Sequence record: PP418986.1 | Reading direction: 5' to 3' (one strand) | Length of the DNA stretch: 64,000 bases | Source of the DNA: Escherichia phage UPWr_E2 | Shown: positions 42,816 to 57,015 of the stretch, piece by piece | Layout: every line of letters starts with the position of its first letter | How positions within the stretch are numbered: the first letter of the stretch is position 1 | Translations under genes and position numbers: made by a program | Notes under the pieces: generated by a model | What the model saw: the letters and a program-made list of their open reading frames with translations, nothing else | The model's database searches: none | What the model was told of the DNA's origin: nothing

Positions 42816-43448
42816 ATGAATATAGTATATTGGTTTACATTTGAAGACCGTGTCAAAAATAAGACTCCGCCATACTATTATATCGGTAGTAAATTAAATT
42901 GCTCATTTGAGAACGGAATAATATATGACTCTTCCGGAAAGGAATACTGGAGCTCATGTAAACAAAAAAGATTTTTGAATGCGCTAATGCTTCAAAAACC
43001 GAGCGTTAAAATAATTCAAATTGATGATGACTTGGATGTTATTGAAGCAGAACGAAAATACCAACTTGAAGTAAATGCCAGAGATAATCCAGACTATTTT
43101 AATCTGGTATATGCTGGTGGTGGATTTGGTGTGAGTGGTGAAACTCATCCAGCCAAAGACCCGGAAGTTAGAGAGCATATGAGATTGGCTAATTATATGA
43201 ACCGTGACGATTTTAGACCTTGGAAAACATCACGAGCTAATATAGAGTCTTGGAAATTATCTCATATTGCTTACGAGAATTATGTGTTATTATTATCCTC
43301 TAATCTGTACGGTAAAACTCCTGGATGGCGAAGAGTTAAAGGTAATATAAATATAACTGATACAACTGCTAAATCGATGGTAAAGTATTTCAACTCAGGT
43401 TGGATACCTCTCGAAGACCCAGAGTATTGCGAATTATGCCAGCTATGA
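42816..43448 (+). CDS. segG: GIY-YIG homing endonuclease (SegG-like)
   Basis: 210 aa; N-terminal GIY-YIG-like motif (IVYWFTF...YYYIGSK); between 59 and 32 as T4 segG. Confidence 0.6.
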   Translation: MNIVYWFTFEDRVKNKTPPYYYIGSKLNCSFENGIIYDSSGKEYWSSCKQKRFLNALMLQKPSVKIIQIDDDLDVIEAERKYQLEVNARDNPDYFNLVYAGGGFGVSGETHPAKDPEVREHMRLANYMNRDDFRPWKTSRANIESWKLSHIAYENYVLLLSSNLYGKTPGWRRVKGNINITDTTAKSMVKYFNSGWIPLEDPEYCELCQL

Positions 43449-43507
43449 GGTAAAGTGTCATAGCACCAACTGTTAATTAAATTAAATTAAATTAAAAAGG
43501 AAATAAA

Positions 43508-44413
43508 ATGTTTAAACGTAAATCTACTGCTGAACTTGCTGCACAAATGGCTAAACTGAATGGCAATAAAGGTTTTTCTTCTGAAGATAAAGGCGAGTGG
43601 AAACTGAAACTCGATAATGCGGGTAACGGTCAAGCAGTAATTCGTTTTCTTCCGTCTAAAAATGATGAACAAGCACCATTCGCAATTCTTGTAAATCACG
43701 GTTTCAAGAAAAATGGTAAATGGTATATTGAAACATGTTCATCTACCCATGGTGATTACGATTCTTGCCCAGTATGTCAGTACATCAGTAAAAATGATCT
43801 GTACAACACTGGCAATAAAGAGTACAGTCTTGTTAAACGTAAAACTTCTTACTGGGCTAATATTCTTGTTGTAAAAGACCCAGCTGCTCCAGAAAATGAA
43901 GGTAAAGTATTTAAATATCGTTTCGGTAAGAAAATCTGGGATAAAATCAACGCGATGATTGCGGTTGATGTTGAAATGGGTGAAACTCCGGTTGATGTAA
44001 CTTGTCCGTGGGAAGGTGCTAACTTTGTACTGAAAGTTAAACAAGTTTCCGGATTTAGTAACTACGACGAATCTAAATTCCTGAATCAATCTGCGATTCC
44101 AAACATTGATGATGAATCTTTCCAGAAAGAACTGTTCGAACAAATGGTTGACCTTTCTGAAATGACTTCTAAAGATAAATTCAAATCATTTGAAGAACTG
44201 AATACTAAATTCGGTCAAGTTATGGGAACTGCTGTGATGGGCGGTGCCGCTGCAACTGCTGCTAAGAAAGCTGATAAAGTTGCTGATGATTTGGATGCAT
44301 TCAATGTTGATGACTTCAATACAAAAACTGAAGATGATTTTATGAGCTCAAGCTCTGGCAGTTCATCTAGTGCTGATGACACGGACCTGGATGACCTTTT
44401 GAATGACCTTTAA
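43508..44413 (+). CDS. 32: ssDNA-binding protein gp32
   Basis: 301 aa; acidic Ser/Asp-rich C-terminal tail; matches T4 gp32. Confidence 0.95.
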
Positions 44414-44436
44414 TAGATTATATTACTAATTAATTG

Positions 44437-44461
44437 GGGACCTCTAGGGTCCCCTTTTTTA
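44437..44461 (+). terminator. rho-independent terminator
   Basis: GGGGACC TCTA GGGTCCCC hairpin followed by T-run. Confidence 0.8.
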
Positions 44462-44484
44462 TTTCAAAATTTTTTCACAAAACT

Positions 44485-44516
44485 GTTTACATCCTTGTCC
44501 TTCTATGGTACTATAC
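44485..44516 (+). promoter_or_regulatory. T4-type early promoter
   Basis: GTTTAC at 44485, ATGGTACTATAC -10 region. Confidence 0.65.
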
Positions 44517-44557
44517 AACTATTGGCAATACTGCTGATGATTAAAGAGGAAAATAAT

Positions 44558-44785
44558 ATGGCTAAAGTTGATATTGACATCGTTGATTTTGAATATATTG
44601 AAGAGATTATTCGTAATCGTTATCCTGAACTTAGTATCACAAGCGTGCAAGATTCTAAGTTTTGGAGTATTCAAATCGTTATTGAAGGTCCTCTTGAAGA
44701 CCTCACCCGCTTTATGGCTAATGAATATTGTGATGGTATGGATGCTGAAGACACAGAATTTTACATGGGAATGATTGAACAATAA
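44558..44785 (+). CDS. hypothetical protein
   Basis: 75 aa from ATG 44558 after AGAGGAAA SD. Confidence 0.45.
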   Translation: MAKVDIDIVDFEYIEEIIRNRYPELSITSVQDSKFWSIQIVIEGPLEDLTRFMANEYCDGMDAEDTEFYMGMIEQ

Positions 44786-44830
44786 TTATCAAGGGGCTAT
44801 TAAGCCCCTATTAAAATGAGGAAAATCAAA

Positions 44831-45217
44831 ATGGAAATCGGCAAAAAATACGAGTTAAATCCACACCGTATTAAATCTTTCATTGATATTAGTTCATCAA
44901 ATGCTAATATGGTCGGCATCATTCAAGAAAATGGTGGTTGGTTTGAAGTTAAATCAATATCAAGTTTAGATGGCTTTGATTATGTAACCGAAATCATTTG
45001 TGCTAATGGTGAAATCTATAATGATGATGGTATGGGTGATGATTATTTTGAACTTAGTGAAGAAGAGTTTTATTGTTTCCGCGAATATAAAGAACCGACT
45101 TCTGAAGAAGATGAAGTCAAAGACAAGGTTTCTGGCGTAACAAAAATTCACTGCATTGTTGACGAAAACAATGTAGATGAAATCATTGAACTTTTGCGAA
45201 AAACTTTCAAAAAGTAG
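44831..45217 (+). CDS. hypothetical protein
   Basis: 128 aa from ATG 44831 after GAGGAAAAT SD. Confidence 0.45.
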   Translation: MEIGKKYELNPHRIKSFIDISSSNANMVGIIQENGGWFEVKSISSLDGFDYVTEIICANGEIYNDDGMGDDYFELSEEEFYCFREYKEPTSEEDEVKDKVSGVTKIHCIVDENNVDEIIELLRKTFKK

Positions 45218-45248
45218 TTTACAGAAGGGTAGTAGTGTGATACTATTA
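45217..45248 (+). promoter_or_regulatory. T4-type early promoter
   Basis: GTTTAC at 45217, TACTAT at 45241. Confidence 0.6.
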
Positions 45249-45355
45249 CCCTATCAAAATTAATGGAGAAAAGAAAATGTTCGCACCTTATATTATGGCA
45301 GCAGTTATGTTGGTCTGTTTATATCTTTTGATTAAAGCTTGCTAAGGAGAATAAA

Positions 45356-45598
45356 ATGAGATTACAACGCCAGAGCATCAAAGATTCAGAAGTTAGAGGT
45401 AAATGGTATTTTAATATCATCGGTAAAGATTCTGAACTTGTTGAAAAAGCTGAACATCTTTTACGTGGCATGGGATGGGAAGATGAATGTGATGGATGCC
45501 CTCTTTATGAGGATGGAGAAAGCGCAGGATTTTGGATTTACCATTCTGACGTCGAGCAGTTTAAAGCTGATTGGAAAATTGTGAAAAAGTCTGTTTAA
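45356..45598 (+). CDS. hypothetical protein
   Basis: 80-aa ORF with AAGGAG SD. Confidence 0.45.
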   Translation: MRLQRQSIKDSEVRGKWYFNIIGKDSELVEKAEHLLRGMGWEDECDGCPLYEDGESAGFWIYHSDVEQFKADWKIVKKSV

Positions 45599-45608
45599 GG
45601 AAAATAAT

Positions 45609-46637
<1,029 letters not shown>

Positions 46638-46638
<1 letters not shown>

Positions 46639-47186
46639 TGAAACAATACCAATTTTTAATTAAAGATATCCTGGAAAATGGCTACGAAACCGATGACCGA
46701 ACAGGCACAGGAACAATTGCTTTGTTCGGTACTAAATTACGCTGGGATTTAACTAAAGGTTTTCCTGCAGTAACAACTAAGAAGCTCGCCTGGAAAGCTT
46801 GCATTGCTGAGCTGCTTTGGTTTTTATCGGGAAGCACAAATGTCAATGATTTGCGATTAATTCAACATGATTCGTTAATCCAAGGCAAAACAGTTTGGGA
46901 TGAAAATTACGAAAATCAAGCAAAAGATTTAGGATACCATAGCGGTGAACTTGGTCCAATTTATGGAAAACAGTGGCGTGATTTTGGTGGCGTAGACCAA
47001 ATTATAGAAGTTATTGATCGTATTAAAAAATTGCCAAATGATAGGCGTCAAATTGTTTCAGCATGGAATCCAGCTGAACTCAAGCAGATGGCATTACCGC
47101 CTTGTCATATGTTCTATCAGTTTAATGTGCGTAATGGCTATTTGGATTTGCAGTGGTATCAACGATCAGTAGATGTTTTCTTGGGT
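46638..47186 (+). CDS. td: thymidylate synthase, exon 1
   Basis: Starts MKQYQFLIKDILENGYETDDRTGTGT; ends ...VFLG at the conserved CTTGGGT 5' splice site. Confidence 0.9.
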
Positions 47187-47506
47187 TAATTGAGGCCTGA
47201 GTATAAGGTGACTTATACTTGTAATCTATCTAAACGGGGAACCTCTCTAGTAGACAATCCCGTGCTAAATTGTAGGACTACCCTTTAATAATTTCATCAG
47301 GATTAGTTACTTATCGTGTAAAATCTGATAAATGGAATTGGTTCTACATAAATGCCTAACGACTATCCCTTTGGGGAGTAGGGTCAAGTGACTCGAAACG
47401 ATAGACAACTTGCTTTAACAAGTTGGAGATATAGTCTGATCTGCATGGTGACATGCAGCTGGATATAATTCCGGGGTAAGATTAACGACCTTATCTGAAC
47501 ATAATG
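47187..47506 (+). other. group I self-splicing intron in td, without homing-endonuclease ORF
   Basis: Starts TAATTGAGGCCTGAG, ends ...ACATAATG; joining exons restores a 286-aa TS frame; holds only the last ~19 codons of an I-TevI-like ORF. Confidence 0.85.
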
Positions 47507-47818
47507 CTTCCATTTAATATTGCATCATATGCTACGTTAGTTCATATTGTAGCTAAGATGTGTAATCTTATTCCGGGAGATTTGATATTTTCCGGTGGTA
47601 ATACTCATATCTATATGAATCACGTAGAACAATGTAAAGAAATTTTGCGTCGTGAACCTAAAGAGCTTTGTGAACTGGTAATAGGCGGATTGCCTTATAA
47701 ATTCCGCTATCTTTCTACTAAAGAACAATTGGAATACATTCTTAAACTCAGGCCTAAAGATTTCGTTCTCAAAGATTATCAGTCCCACGGCGTCTTGAAA
47801 GGAAAAATGGCGGTGTAA
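47507..47818 (+). CDS. td: thymidylate synthase, exon 2
   Basis: Continues LPFNIASYATLVHIVA... in frame with exon 1. Confidence 0.9.
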   Translation, partial: LPFNIASYATLVHIVAKMCNLIPGDLIFSGGNTHIYMNHVEQCKEILRREPKELCELVIGGLPYKFRYLSTKEQLEYILKLRPKDFVLKDYQSHGVLKGKMAV

Positions 47819-47841
47819 TTTTAATTTAATTGTGAGGATTT

Positions 47842-48105
47842 ATGATTTTACGATTTAAAGATACTTCTGGTGTAGTTCTTTTTACACTTCCTAACCCAAG
47901 TGAGTTAGAAGTTCCAGGACCAAATCAGCCTATTATCATTTATGGCAAAAAATATTATACTCATAAAATGACTCGTGAGTATTTTGATAATAAAATTTCC
48001 ACAGTTAAAACTTCTTCTGACTGTTACTACGATATTACTGTTTTAACGGAAAAACAATATGCCGAATTATCACCGCGCGGGCCGTCTATGTCGGGTAGTG
48101 AATAA
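47842..48105 (+). CDS. hypothetical protein
   Basis: 87-aa ORF with GAGGA SD. Confidence 0.45.
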   Translation: MILRFKDTSGVVLFTLPNPSELEVPGPNQPIIIYGKKYYTHKMTREYFDNKISTVKTSSDCYYDITVLTEKQYAELSPRGPSMSGSE

Positions 48106-48385
48106 ATACAAATCCGACTTTGATGTTAATATTCACCGTGGTACATTTTGGGGAAATTACGTCGGTAAAGATGCTGGCAGCCGGGAGGCTGCCATTGAAT
48201 TATTCAAAAAAGATTTTATACGTCGAATTAAATCCGGAGAAATAACTAAAGCACATTTAGAGCCTTTACGTGGAATGAGGCTAGGATGCACATGTAAACC
48301 AAAGCCGTGTCATGGTGATATAATAGCTCATATAGTTAACCGACTGTTTAAAGACGATTTTCAAGTTGAGGACTTATGCAATTAA
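48059..48385 (+). CDS. hypothetical protein
   Basis: 108-aa ORF overlapping upstream ORF; start uncertain. Confidence 0.35.
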   Translation: MPNYHRAGRLCRVVNKYKSDFDVNIHRGTFWGNYVGKDAGSREAAIELFKKDFIRRIKSGEITKAHLEPLRGMRLGCTCKPKPCHGDIIAHIVNRLFKDDFQVEDLCN

Positions 48386-50640
48386 TTAATGTTATCAAAA
48401 GTAGTGGTGTTTCTCAGAGCTTTGACCCGCAAAAAATTATTAAAGTTTTATCTTGGGCATCTGAGGGAACATCAGTAGATCCTTATGAATTATATGAAAA
48501 TATTAAATCATATCTCCGTGATGGAATGACAACTGATGACATTCAGACTATTGTCATTAAGGCTGCTGCGAATTCTATTTCGGTTGAAGAGCCTGATTAT
48601 CAATATGTAGCTGCACGCTGTTTAATGTTCGCTCTTCGTAAGCATGTTTATGGGCAGTATGAACCACGTTCATTTATTGACCATATTTCTTACTGTGTAA
48701 ATGAAGGTAAATATGACCCTGAATTATTGTCAAAATATTCAGCAGAAGAAATTACATTTTTAGAATCAAAAATTAAGCACGAGCGGGATATGGAATTTAC
48801 TTATTCCGGGGCGATGCAATTAAAAGAAAAATATCTAGTTAAAGATAAAACCACTGGTCAAATTTATGAAACTCCGCAGTTTGCATTTATGACTATTGGA
48901 ATGGCATTGCATCAAGATGAACCTGTTGATAGATTAAAACATGTTATTCGTTTTTATGAAGCAGTATCTACTCGACAGATTTCATTACCAACTCCTATTA
49001 TGGCTGGTTGCCGTACTCCAACTCGGCAGTTTAGTTCATGCGTTGTTATTGAGGCAGGCGATTCACTGAAGTCTATCAATAAGGCTTCTGCTTCAATTGT
49101 TGAATATATCTCTAAACGCGCTGGAATTGGTATTAACGTTGGTATGATTCGTGCTGAAGGTTCTAAGATTGGCATGGGTGAAGTGCGTCATACTGGTGTT
49201 ATTCCTTTTTGGAAACATTTTCAGACTGCTGTTAAATCATGCTCACAGGGTGGAATTCGTGGCGGCGCTGCTACTGCTTATTATCCTATTTGGCATTTGG
49301 AAGTTGAAAATCTTCTCGTTTTGAAAAATAACAAAGGCGTAGAAGAAAACCGCATTCGTCATATGGATTATGGTGTTCAGCTGAATGATTTGATGATGGA
49401 ACGATTCGGAAAGAACGATTACATTACTTTGTTCAGTCCGCATGAAATGGGTGGCGAGCTTTATTATTCTTATTTTAAAGACCAAAACCGTTTCCGTGAA
49501 TTATACGAAGCAGCAGAAAAAGACCCTAATATTCGTAAAAAGCGTATTAAAGCCCGTGAACTATTTGAATTGCTCATGACTGAACGTTCAGGAACCGCAA
49601 GGATTTATGTGCAGTTCATTGATAATACGAATAACTATACTCCGTTTATTCGTGAAAAGGCGCCTATTCGTCAGAGTAACTTGTGTTGTGAAATTGCTAT
49701 TCCAACAAATGATGTGAATAGTCCTGATGCTGAAATTGGATTGTGTACTCTCTCTGCATTCGTACTAGATAATTTTGACTGGCAAGACCAAGATAAAATT
49801 AATGAATTGGCAGAAGTTCAAGTTCGTGCTCTTGATAATCTGTTGGATTACCAAGGATATCCAGTTCCTGAAGCAGAAAAAGCTAAAAAGCGTCGTAACC
49901 TCGGTGTAGGTGTTACCAACTATGCAGCTTGGCTGGCAAGTAACTTTGCTTCTTATGAAGATGCTAATGATTTAACACATGAACTATTTGAGAGATTACA
50001 GTATGGACTCATTAAAGCATCCATTAAGCTCGCCAAAGAAAAAGGACCTTGCGAATATTATTCAGACACTCGTTGGTCTCGAGGCGAATTACCTATCGAC
50101 TGGTACAATAAAAAGATTGACCAAATCGCAGCTCCAAAATACGTTTGTGACTGGTCGGCGCTGCGGGAAGACCTTAAGCTCTTTGGCATCCGTAATAGCA
50201 CATTATCAGCACTTATGCCATGTGAGTCATCTTCCCAAGTTTCTAACAGTACAAACGGTATCGAGCCTCCACGTGGACCAGTCTCTGTTAAAGAATCAAA
50301 AGAGGGTTCCTTTAATCAAGTCGTGCCCAATATTGAACATAACATAGACCTATATGATTATACATGGAAATTAGCTAAGAAAGGTAATAAACCTTATCTT
50401 ACGCAGGTAGCTATTATGCTGAAATGGGTATGTCAATCAGCTTCAGCGAATACATATTATGACCCGCAGATTTTTCCAAAAGGAAAGGTTCCAATGTCAA
50501 TAATGATTGATGACATGCTATACGGATGGTATTATGGCATTAAAAACTTCTATTATCATAATACTCGTGATGGTTCCGGTACTGATGATTATGAAATAGA
50601 AACTCCAAAAGCCGATGATTGCGCAGCGTGTAAATTGTAA
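48376..50640 (+). CDS. nrdA: ribonucleotide reductase large subunit NrdA
   Basis: 754 aa; class Ia RNR alpha features; matches T4 NrdA. Confidence 0.95.
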   Translation: MQLINVIKSSGVSQSFDPQKIIKVLSWASEGTSVDPYELYENIKSYLRDGMTTDDIQTIVIKAAANSISVEEPDYQYVAARCLMFALRKHVYGQYEPRSFIDHISYCVNEGKYDPELLSKYSAEEITFLESKIKHERDMEFTYSGAMQLKEKYLVKDKTTGQIYETPQFAFMTIGMALHQDEPVDRLKHVIRFYEAVSTRQISLPTPIMAGCRTPTRQFSSCVVIEAGDSLKSINKASASIVEYISKRAGIGINVGMIRAEGSKIGMGEVRHTGVIPFWKHFQTAVKSCSQGGIRGGAATAYYPIWHLEVENLLVLKNNKGVEENRIRHMDYGVQLNDLMMERFGKNDYITLFSPHEMGGELYYSYFKDQNRFRELYEAAEKDPNIRKKRIKARELFELLMTERSGTARIYVQFIDNTNNYTPFIREKAPIRQSNLCCEIAIPTNDVNSPDAEIGLCTLSAFVLDNFDWQDQDKINELAEVQVRALDNLLDYQGYPVPEAEKAKKRRNLGVGVTNYAAWLASNFASYEDANDLTHELFERLQYGLIKASIKLAKEKGPCEYYSDTRWSRGELPIDWYNKKIDQIAAPKYVCDWSALREDLKLFGIRNSTLSALMPCESSSQVSNSTNGIEPPRGPVSVKESKEGSFNQVVPNIEHNIDLYDYTWKLAKKGNKPYLTQVAIMLKWVCQSASANTYYDPQIFPKGKVPMSIMIDDMLYGWYYGIKNFYYHNTRDGSGTDDYEIETPKADDCAACKL

Positions 50641-51371
50641 TGAATTATCAAAAAATCTATAACGACCTAATTTCCCGAGCTCAGGCTCGGGAATCTTTAC
50701 TAGAATATAAAGAGACACATCATATAATCCCTAAATGTATGGGAGGTTCTGATGATAAGGAAAATTTAGTTGAATTAACAGCCAGAGAACATTTTATAGC
50801 TCATCTATTACTATGTAAGATAAATGAAGGCCATTTTGGTCTTGCCTCTGCGTTAACGTTGATGGCAACAGATAAAGCTGGCAATAGAATTAATAACAGA
50901 TTGTACAGCTTACACAGAAAATTATTTGCTAAAGCTAATTCTGAGTTCTTTAAGAAATATTGGAAAAATAATCCTCATCCTAAAGGGATGCTAGGCAAGC
51001 ATCATAAAAACGAAACTAAACAGCATGTATCTAACGTGAATAGATATGCGTGCCCATCTGTAGAAATACATAAATTCTCATTAGATGGGGATTTCATAGA
51101 AACCTTTCACTCTATTGCGGCAGCGTCCCGGTCAGTTAATGGAAACGGGTCAAATATCAAATATTGTGCCGAGGGTAAATTTCAATATGCTTATGGATTT
51201 AGATGGTCATATCAACTTGATGCAAAGTTTGACAAAATAAAACCAAGAGATTATAAAGGAATCCGCGGTAAGAAATGGATTAATAATGGAAGTGAATGCA
51301 CGCTTATAGGTAAAGATGATATTATACCGCCAGGTTGGAAACGCGGCAGAATTTTAAAGAGGAAAAATTAA
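50640..51371 (+). CDS. mobE: HNH homing endonuclease (MobE-like)
   Basis: 243 aa; HNH motif HHIIPKCMGGSDDKENLVELTAREHFIAH; between nrdA and nrdB. Confidence 0.7.
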   Translation: MNYQKIYNDLISRAQARESLLEYKETHHIIPKCMGGSDDKENLVELTAREHFIAHLLLCKINEGHFGLASALTLMATDKAGNRINNRLYSLHRKLFAKANSEFFKKYWKNNPHPKGMLGKHHKNETKQHVSNVNRYACPSVEIHKFSLDGDFIETFHSIAAASRSVNGNGSNIKYCAEGKFQYAYGFRWSYQLDAKFDKIKPRDYKGIRGKKWINNGSECTLIGKDDIIPPGWKRGRILKRKN

Positions 51372-52549
51372 TGTCTACAGTTTTTAATACAAATCCAGTT
51401 GATGTTTTAAAAGAACCTATGTTTTTTGGTTCAGGTCTTGGTATTGCGCGTTATGATATTCAACGTCATAAAGTTTTTGAAGATTTAACCGAAAAGCAGT
51501 TGTCATTTTTCTGGCGTCCTGAAGAAGTAAACTTAATGATGGATGCTGCACAGTTTAATAAGCTTCCTCAGTACCAGCAAAATATTTTTACTAACAACCT
51601 GAAGTATCAATCACTTTTAGATAGCATTCAGGGTCGTGCGCCGTCTGCTGTACTTATGTCATTAATTTCAGACCCAAGTCTTGATACATGGGTTGCTACA
51701 TGGACTTTTAGTGAAACTATTCACAGTCGTTCATATACTCATATCATGCGAAATCTTTATACTGATCCATCGAAGGTATTTGATGAGATTGTATTAGATG
51801 AAGCTATTATGAAACGTGCTGAATCCATTGGACGTTATTATGATGATGTTCTGATTAAAACTCGTTATTGGGAAAACGCTAAAGCTGATATCGAATACCA
51901 AAAAGAAATTAATGCAGACGAAGACGTTATTGAAGATGCTATTGAGCATGAGACATATTGGAAGCGTGAGCTAATGAAATCTCTTTACCTCTGTTTGCAT
52001 GTAATCAACGCATTGGAAGCTATTCGTTTTTATGTATCTTTTGCATGTACCTTTAACTTCCATAAGAACATGGAAATCATGGAAGGTAATGCCAAGATTA
52101 TGAAGTTCATTGCACGCGATGAACAGCTTCACCTTAAAGGCACCCAATATATTATTCGTCAACTTCAACTTGGCACTGACGGCGATGAATGGGTTAAAAT
52201 TGCTCAAGAGTGCGAGCAAGAAGCAGTTGATATTTTCATGGAAGTTAACCGCCAAGAAAAAGATTGGGCAGTTCATTTATTTAAAGATGGCGATGTTCCT
52301 GGATTAAATACAAATAGCATGTGGAGCTTTATTGATTACTTAACTGTATCTCGTATGAAACAGTGTGGTCTTCCATGCCCGATTACCGATGCTCCGGTTA
52401 AACATCCATATCCTTGGATTCGTGAATACCTTAATTCTGATAATGTTCAATCCGCGCCGCAAGAAGTAGAACTGTCATCTTATCTTGTTGCACAGATTGA
52501 TAATGATGTTGATGATAAAGTTATGATGAGTTTTAAAAAATACTTTTAA
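51371..52549 (+). CDS. nrdB: ribonucleotide reductase small subunit NrdB (intronless)
   Basis: 392 aa from MSTVFNTNPVDVLKEPMFF; single continuous ORF. Confidence 0.95.
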   Translation: MSTVFNTNPVDVLKEPMFFGSGLGIARYDIQRHKVFEDLTEKQLSFFWRPEEVNLMMDAAQFNKLPQYQQNIFTNNLKYQSLLDSIQGRAPSAVLMSLISDPSLDTWVATWTFSETIHSRSYTHIMRNLYTDPSKVFDEIVLDEAIMKRAESIGRYYDDVLIKTRYWENAKADIEYQKEINADEDVIEDAIEHETYWKRELMKSLYLCLHVINALEAIRFYVSFACTFNFHKNMEIMEGNAKIMKFIARDEQLHLKGTQYIIRQLQLGTDGDEWVKIAQECEQEAVDIFMEVNRQEKDWAVHLFKDGDVPGLNTNSMWSFIDYLTVSRMKQCGLPCPITDAPVKHPYPWIREYLNSDNVQSAPQEVELSSYLVAQIDNDVDDKVMMSFKKYF

Positions 52550-52554
52550 GGAGT

Positions 52555-52576
52555 GGGCCGCAAGGCCCATTTTATT
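52555..52576 (+). terminator. rho-independent terminator
   Basis: GGGCC GCAA GGCCC hairpin followed by ATTTTATT. Confidence 0.65.
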
Positions 52577-54164
<1,588 letters not shown>

Positions 54165-54167
54165 GCT

Positions 54168-54198
54168 GTTTACAAGTCCCTCGTGTTGTGTTATAGTA
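54168..54198 (+). promoter_or_regulatory. T4-type early promoter
   Basis: GTTTAC at 54168, TATAGT at 54193. Confidence 0.6.
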
Positions 54199-54225
54199 GT
54201 CTTACTGACATAACATGAGGACTTT

Positions 54226-54732
54226 ATGATGGATTTGCAGCTTATTACTACTGAAATGGTCGTTGAAGCATACGGTGATACTACAGATGGGATTTCTGTA
54301 TTTAAAGGAAATCGTCGAGTTGGATATATCACCGATCTTAAGAAAGATTTAGCTAAGCAAGTCAAGCGGAAAACGACCATTAAAGAATATCGAAATCGTC
54401 GTCTTGAGCAAGCCCGTGATATGCTTCCTGATGCGGTTGAGGAGATGAAAGTCTTTTTAGAAAATCAGCTTGCGAAATATGATTGCGATGTGTTCATTAA
54501 TCAGACTCAACCTAATGTTCATATTAACAACTGTAAATGCTATATCATCGTTAATCCTTTAACGGGAAAACATCGTCTTGGAATTAGTAATCCAAATCGT
54601 AGCGCATCGGATATGGCAGAAGATGTTGAGGCATGCTTTAAAATTTCTAAATCTCCGGCTGAACATCATATTTTAATTAACGGTCTTTCTCAAGACGATA
54701 TTATAGAGGTTATTAAAACTTTATGCAATTAA
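54226..54732 (+). CDS. alc: Alc (host transcription termination on C-containing DNA)
   Basis: 168 aa beginning MMDLQLITTEMVVEAYGDTTDG; between rnlA and pseT. Confidence 0.8.
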   Translation: MMDLQLITTEMVVEAYGDTTDGISVFKGNRRVGYITDLKKDLAKQVKRKTTIKEYRNRRLEQARDMLPDAVEEMKVFLENQLAKYDCDVFINQTQPNVHINNCKCYIIVNPLTGKHRLGISNPNRSASDMAEDVEACFKISKSPAEHHILINGLSQDDIIEVIKTLCN

Positions 54733-55076
54733 GTAATACGACAGCAGGTTTGCTATTAATTGTAATTGCATTAGGCGGAACTTCTTTAATTTTAAAAAAT
54801 AAAATTGAAAGATTAGAAACGTCTGTTGTAGAAATTACAAAAACGGCCAATGAAAACGCCTTAGCATTAAATAATTTGCGAATTCAGTATAATTATATTG
54901 ATGCGATGAATAATAAAAATCGTGAGGCGATTGCTGCTATTGAGCGTGAAAATGAAAAACTGCGCAAAGATGCAAAGAAGGCGGATGTGGTGGCTCGTAA
55001 GCCAGGATTGGTTGAAAAACAAATCAACAACTCCTTCAACAAGTTCGCAGAAGACATCCAGGACCTTTCTAAATGA
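54723..55076 (+). CDS. hypothetical protein
   Basis: 117-aa ORF with N-terminal hydrophobic segment. Confidence 0.45.
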   Translation: MQLSNTTAGLLLIVIALGGTSLILKNKIERLETSVVEITKTANENALALNNLRIQYNYIDAMNNKNREAIAAIERENEKLRKDAKKADVVARKPGLVEKQINNSFNKFAEDIQDLSK

Positions 55077-55372
55077 TTAGACTATCAGCAGTAATATTAT
55101 CTATCGGTCTTCTAGCTGGTTGTTCGACAAAGCCTCTAGAAGTAAAGAAAGAAACAGTTCATCCTAATTGGCCTGTACAGATAAAGTCATATGATGAAGC
55201 TAAACTATCTTGGCAAGTTAAAGTTATTGATGGTAAAGCTTGGGTCGGTATGCCATTTGAAGATTCCCAGGAATTTCGTATTTGGCTTAATGATGTAAAA
55301 CGATATGTACATGACCAAAAAACTATGATATGTTATTATCGTCAAGAGTTAAAAGAGGATAAATGTAAATGA
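55073..55372 (+). CDS. hypothetical lipoprotein-like protein
   Basis: 99 aa; signal sequence with LAGC lipobox. Confidence 0.45.
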   Translation: MIRLSAVILSIGLLAGCSTKPLEVKKETVHPNWPVQIKSYDEAKLSWQVKVIDGKAWVGMPFEDSQEFRIWLNDVKRYVHDQKTMICYYRQELKEDKCK

Positions 55373-55595
55373 TTTCATGGCATCAATTTGAACATCTCAA
55401 AGGATTGATTTATGAATCCGAGATGGCTGCAATGATTTATGGACGCCAGATTCAGCGGTTAGAATCTTTACCTCCAACTAATGATGTTTTATTAGCTCAA
55501 TCCCGTGCTAATCTCAAAAATGAATATCAAAATAAGTGGGGTAAAGCATCTAAAGACCTGCATGATTATATTCAATCATTAGTTGAGAAAAATAA

Positions 55596-55599
<4 letters not shown>
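55369..55599 (+). CDS. hypothetical protein
   Basis: 76-aa ORF. Confidence 0.4.
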
Positions 55600-56817
<1,218 letters not shown>

Positions 56818-56818
<1 letters not shown>

Positions 56819-57015
56819 TGGCTTGGCACCATGAAACTTGGGCTATTGTTATTGTAAATAGCGGTTTAGTTGGTACTAGTAATGGGCAATTTTGTGTATT
56901 TACTAGTGAAAATAGAGCATGGGAGGAATGCCTTAAATTAAGAGAAAAGAATCCTGATGTTGAACTAGTAGTAAAGAAAACTAAACTGCCTTTACCATGG
57001 AAAACGTATGAATAA
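56818..57015 (+). CDS. hypothetical protein
   Basis: 65 aa from ATG overlapping pseT stop (TAATG). Confidence 0.4.
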
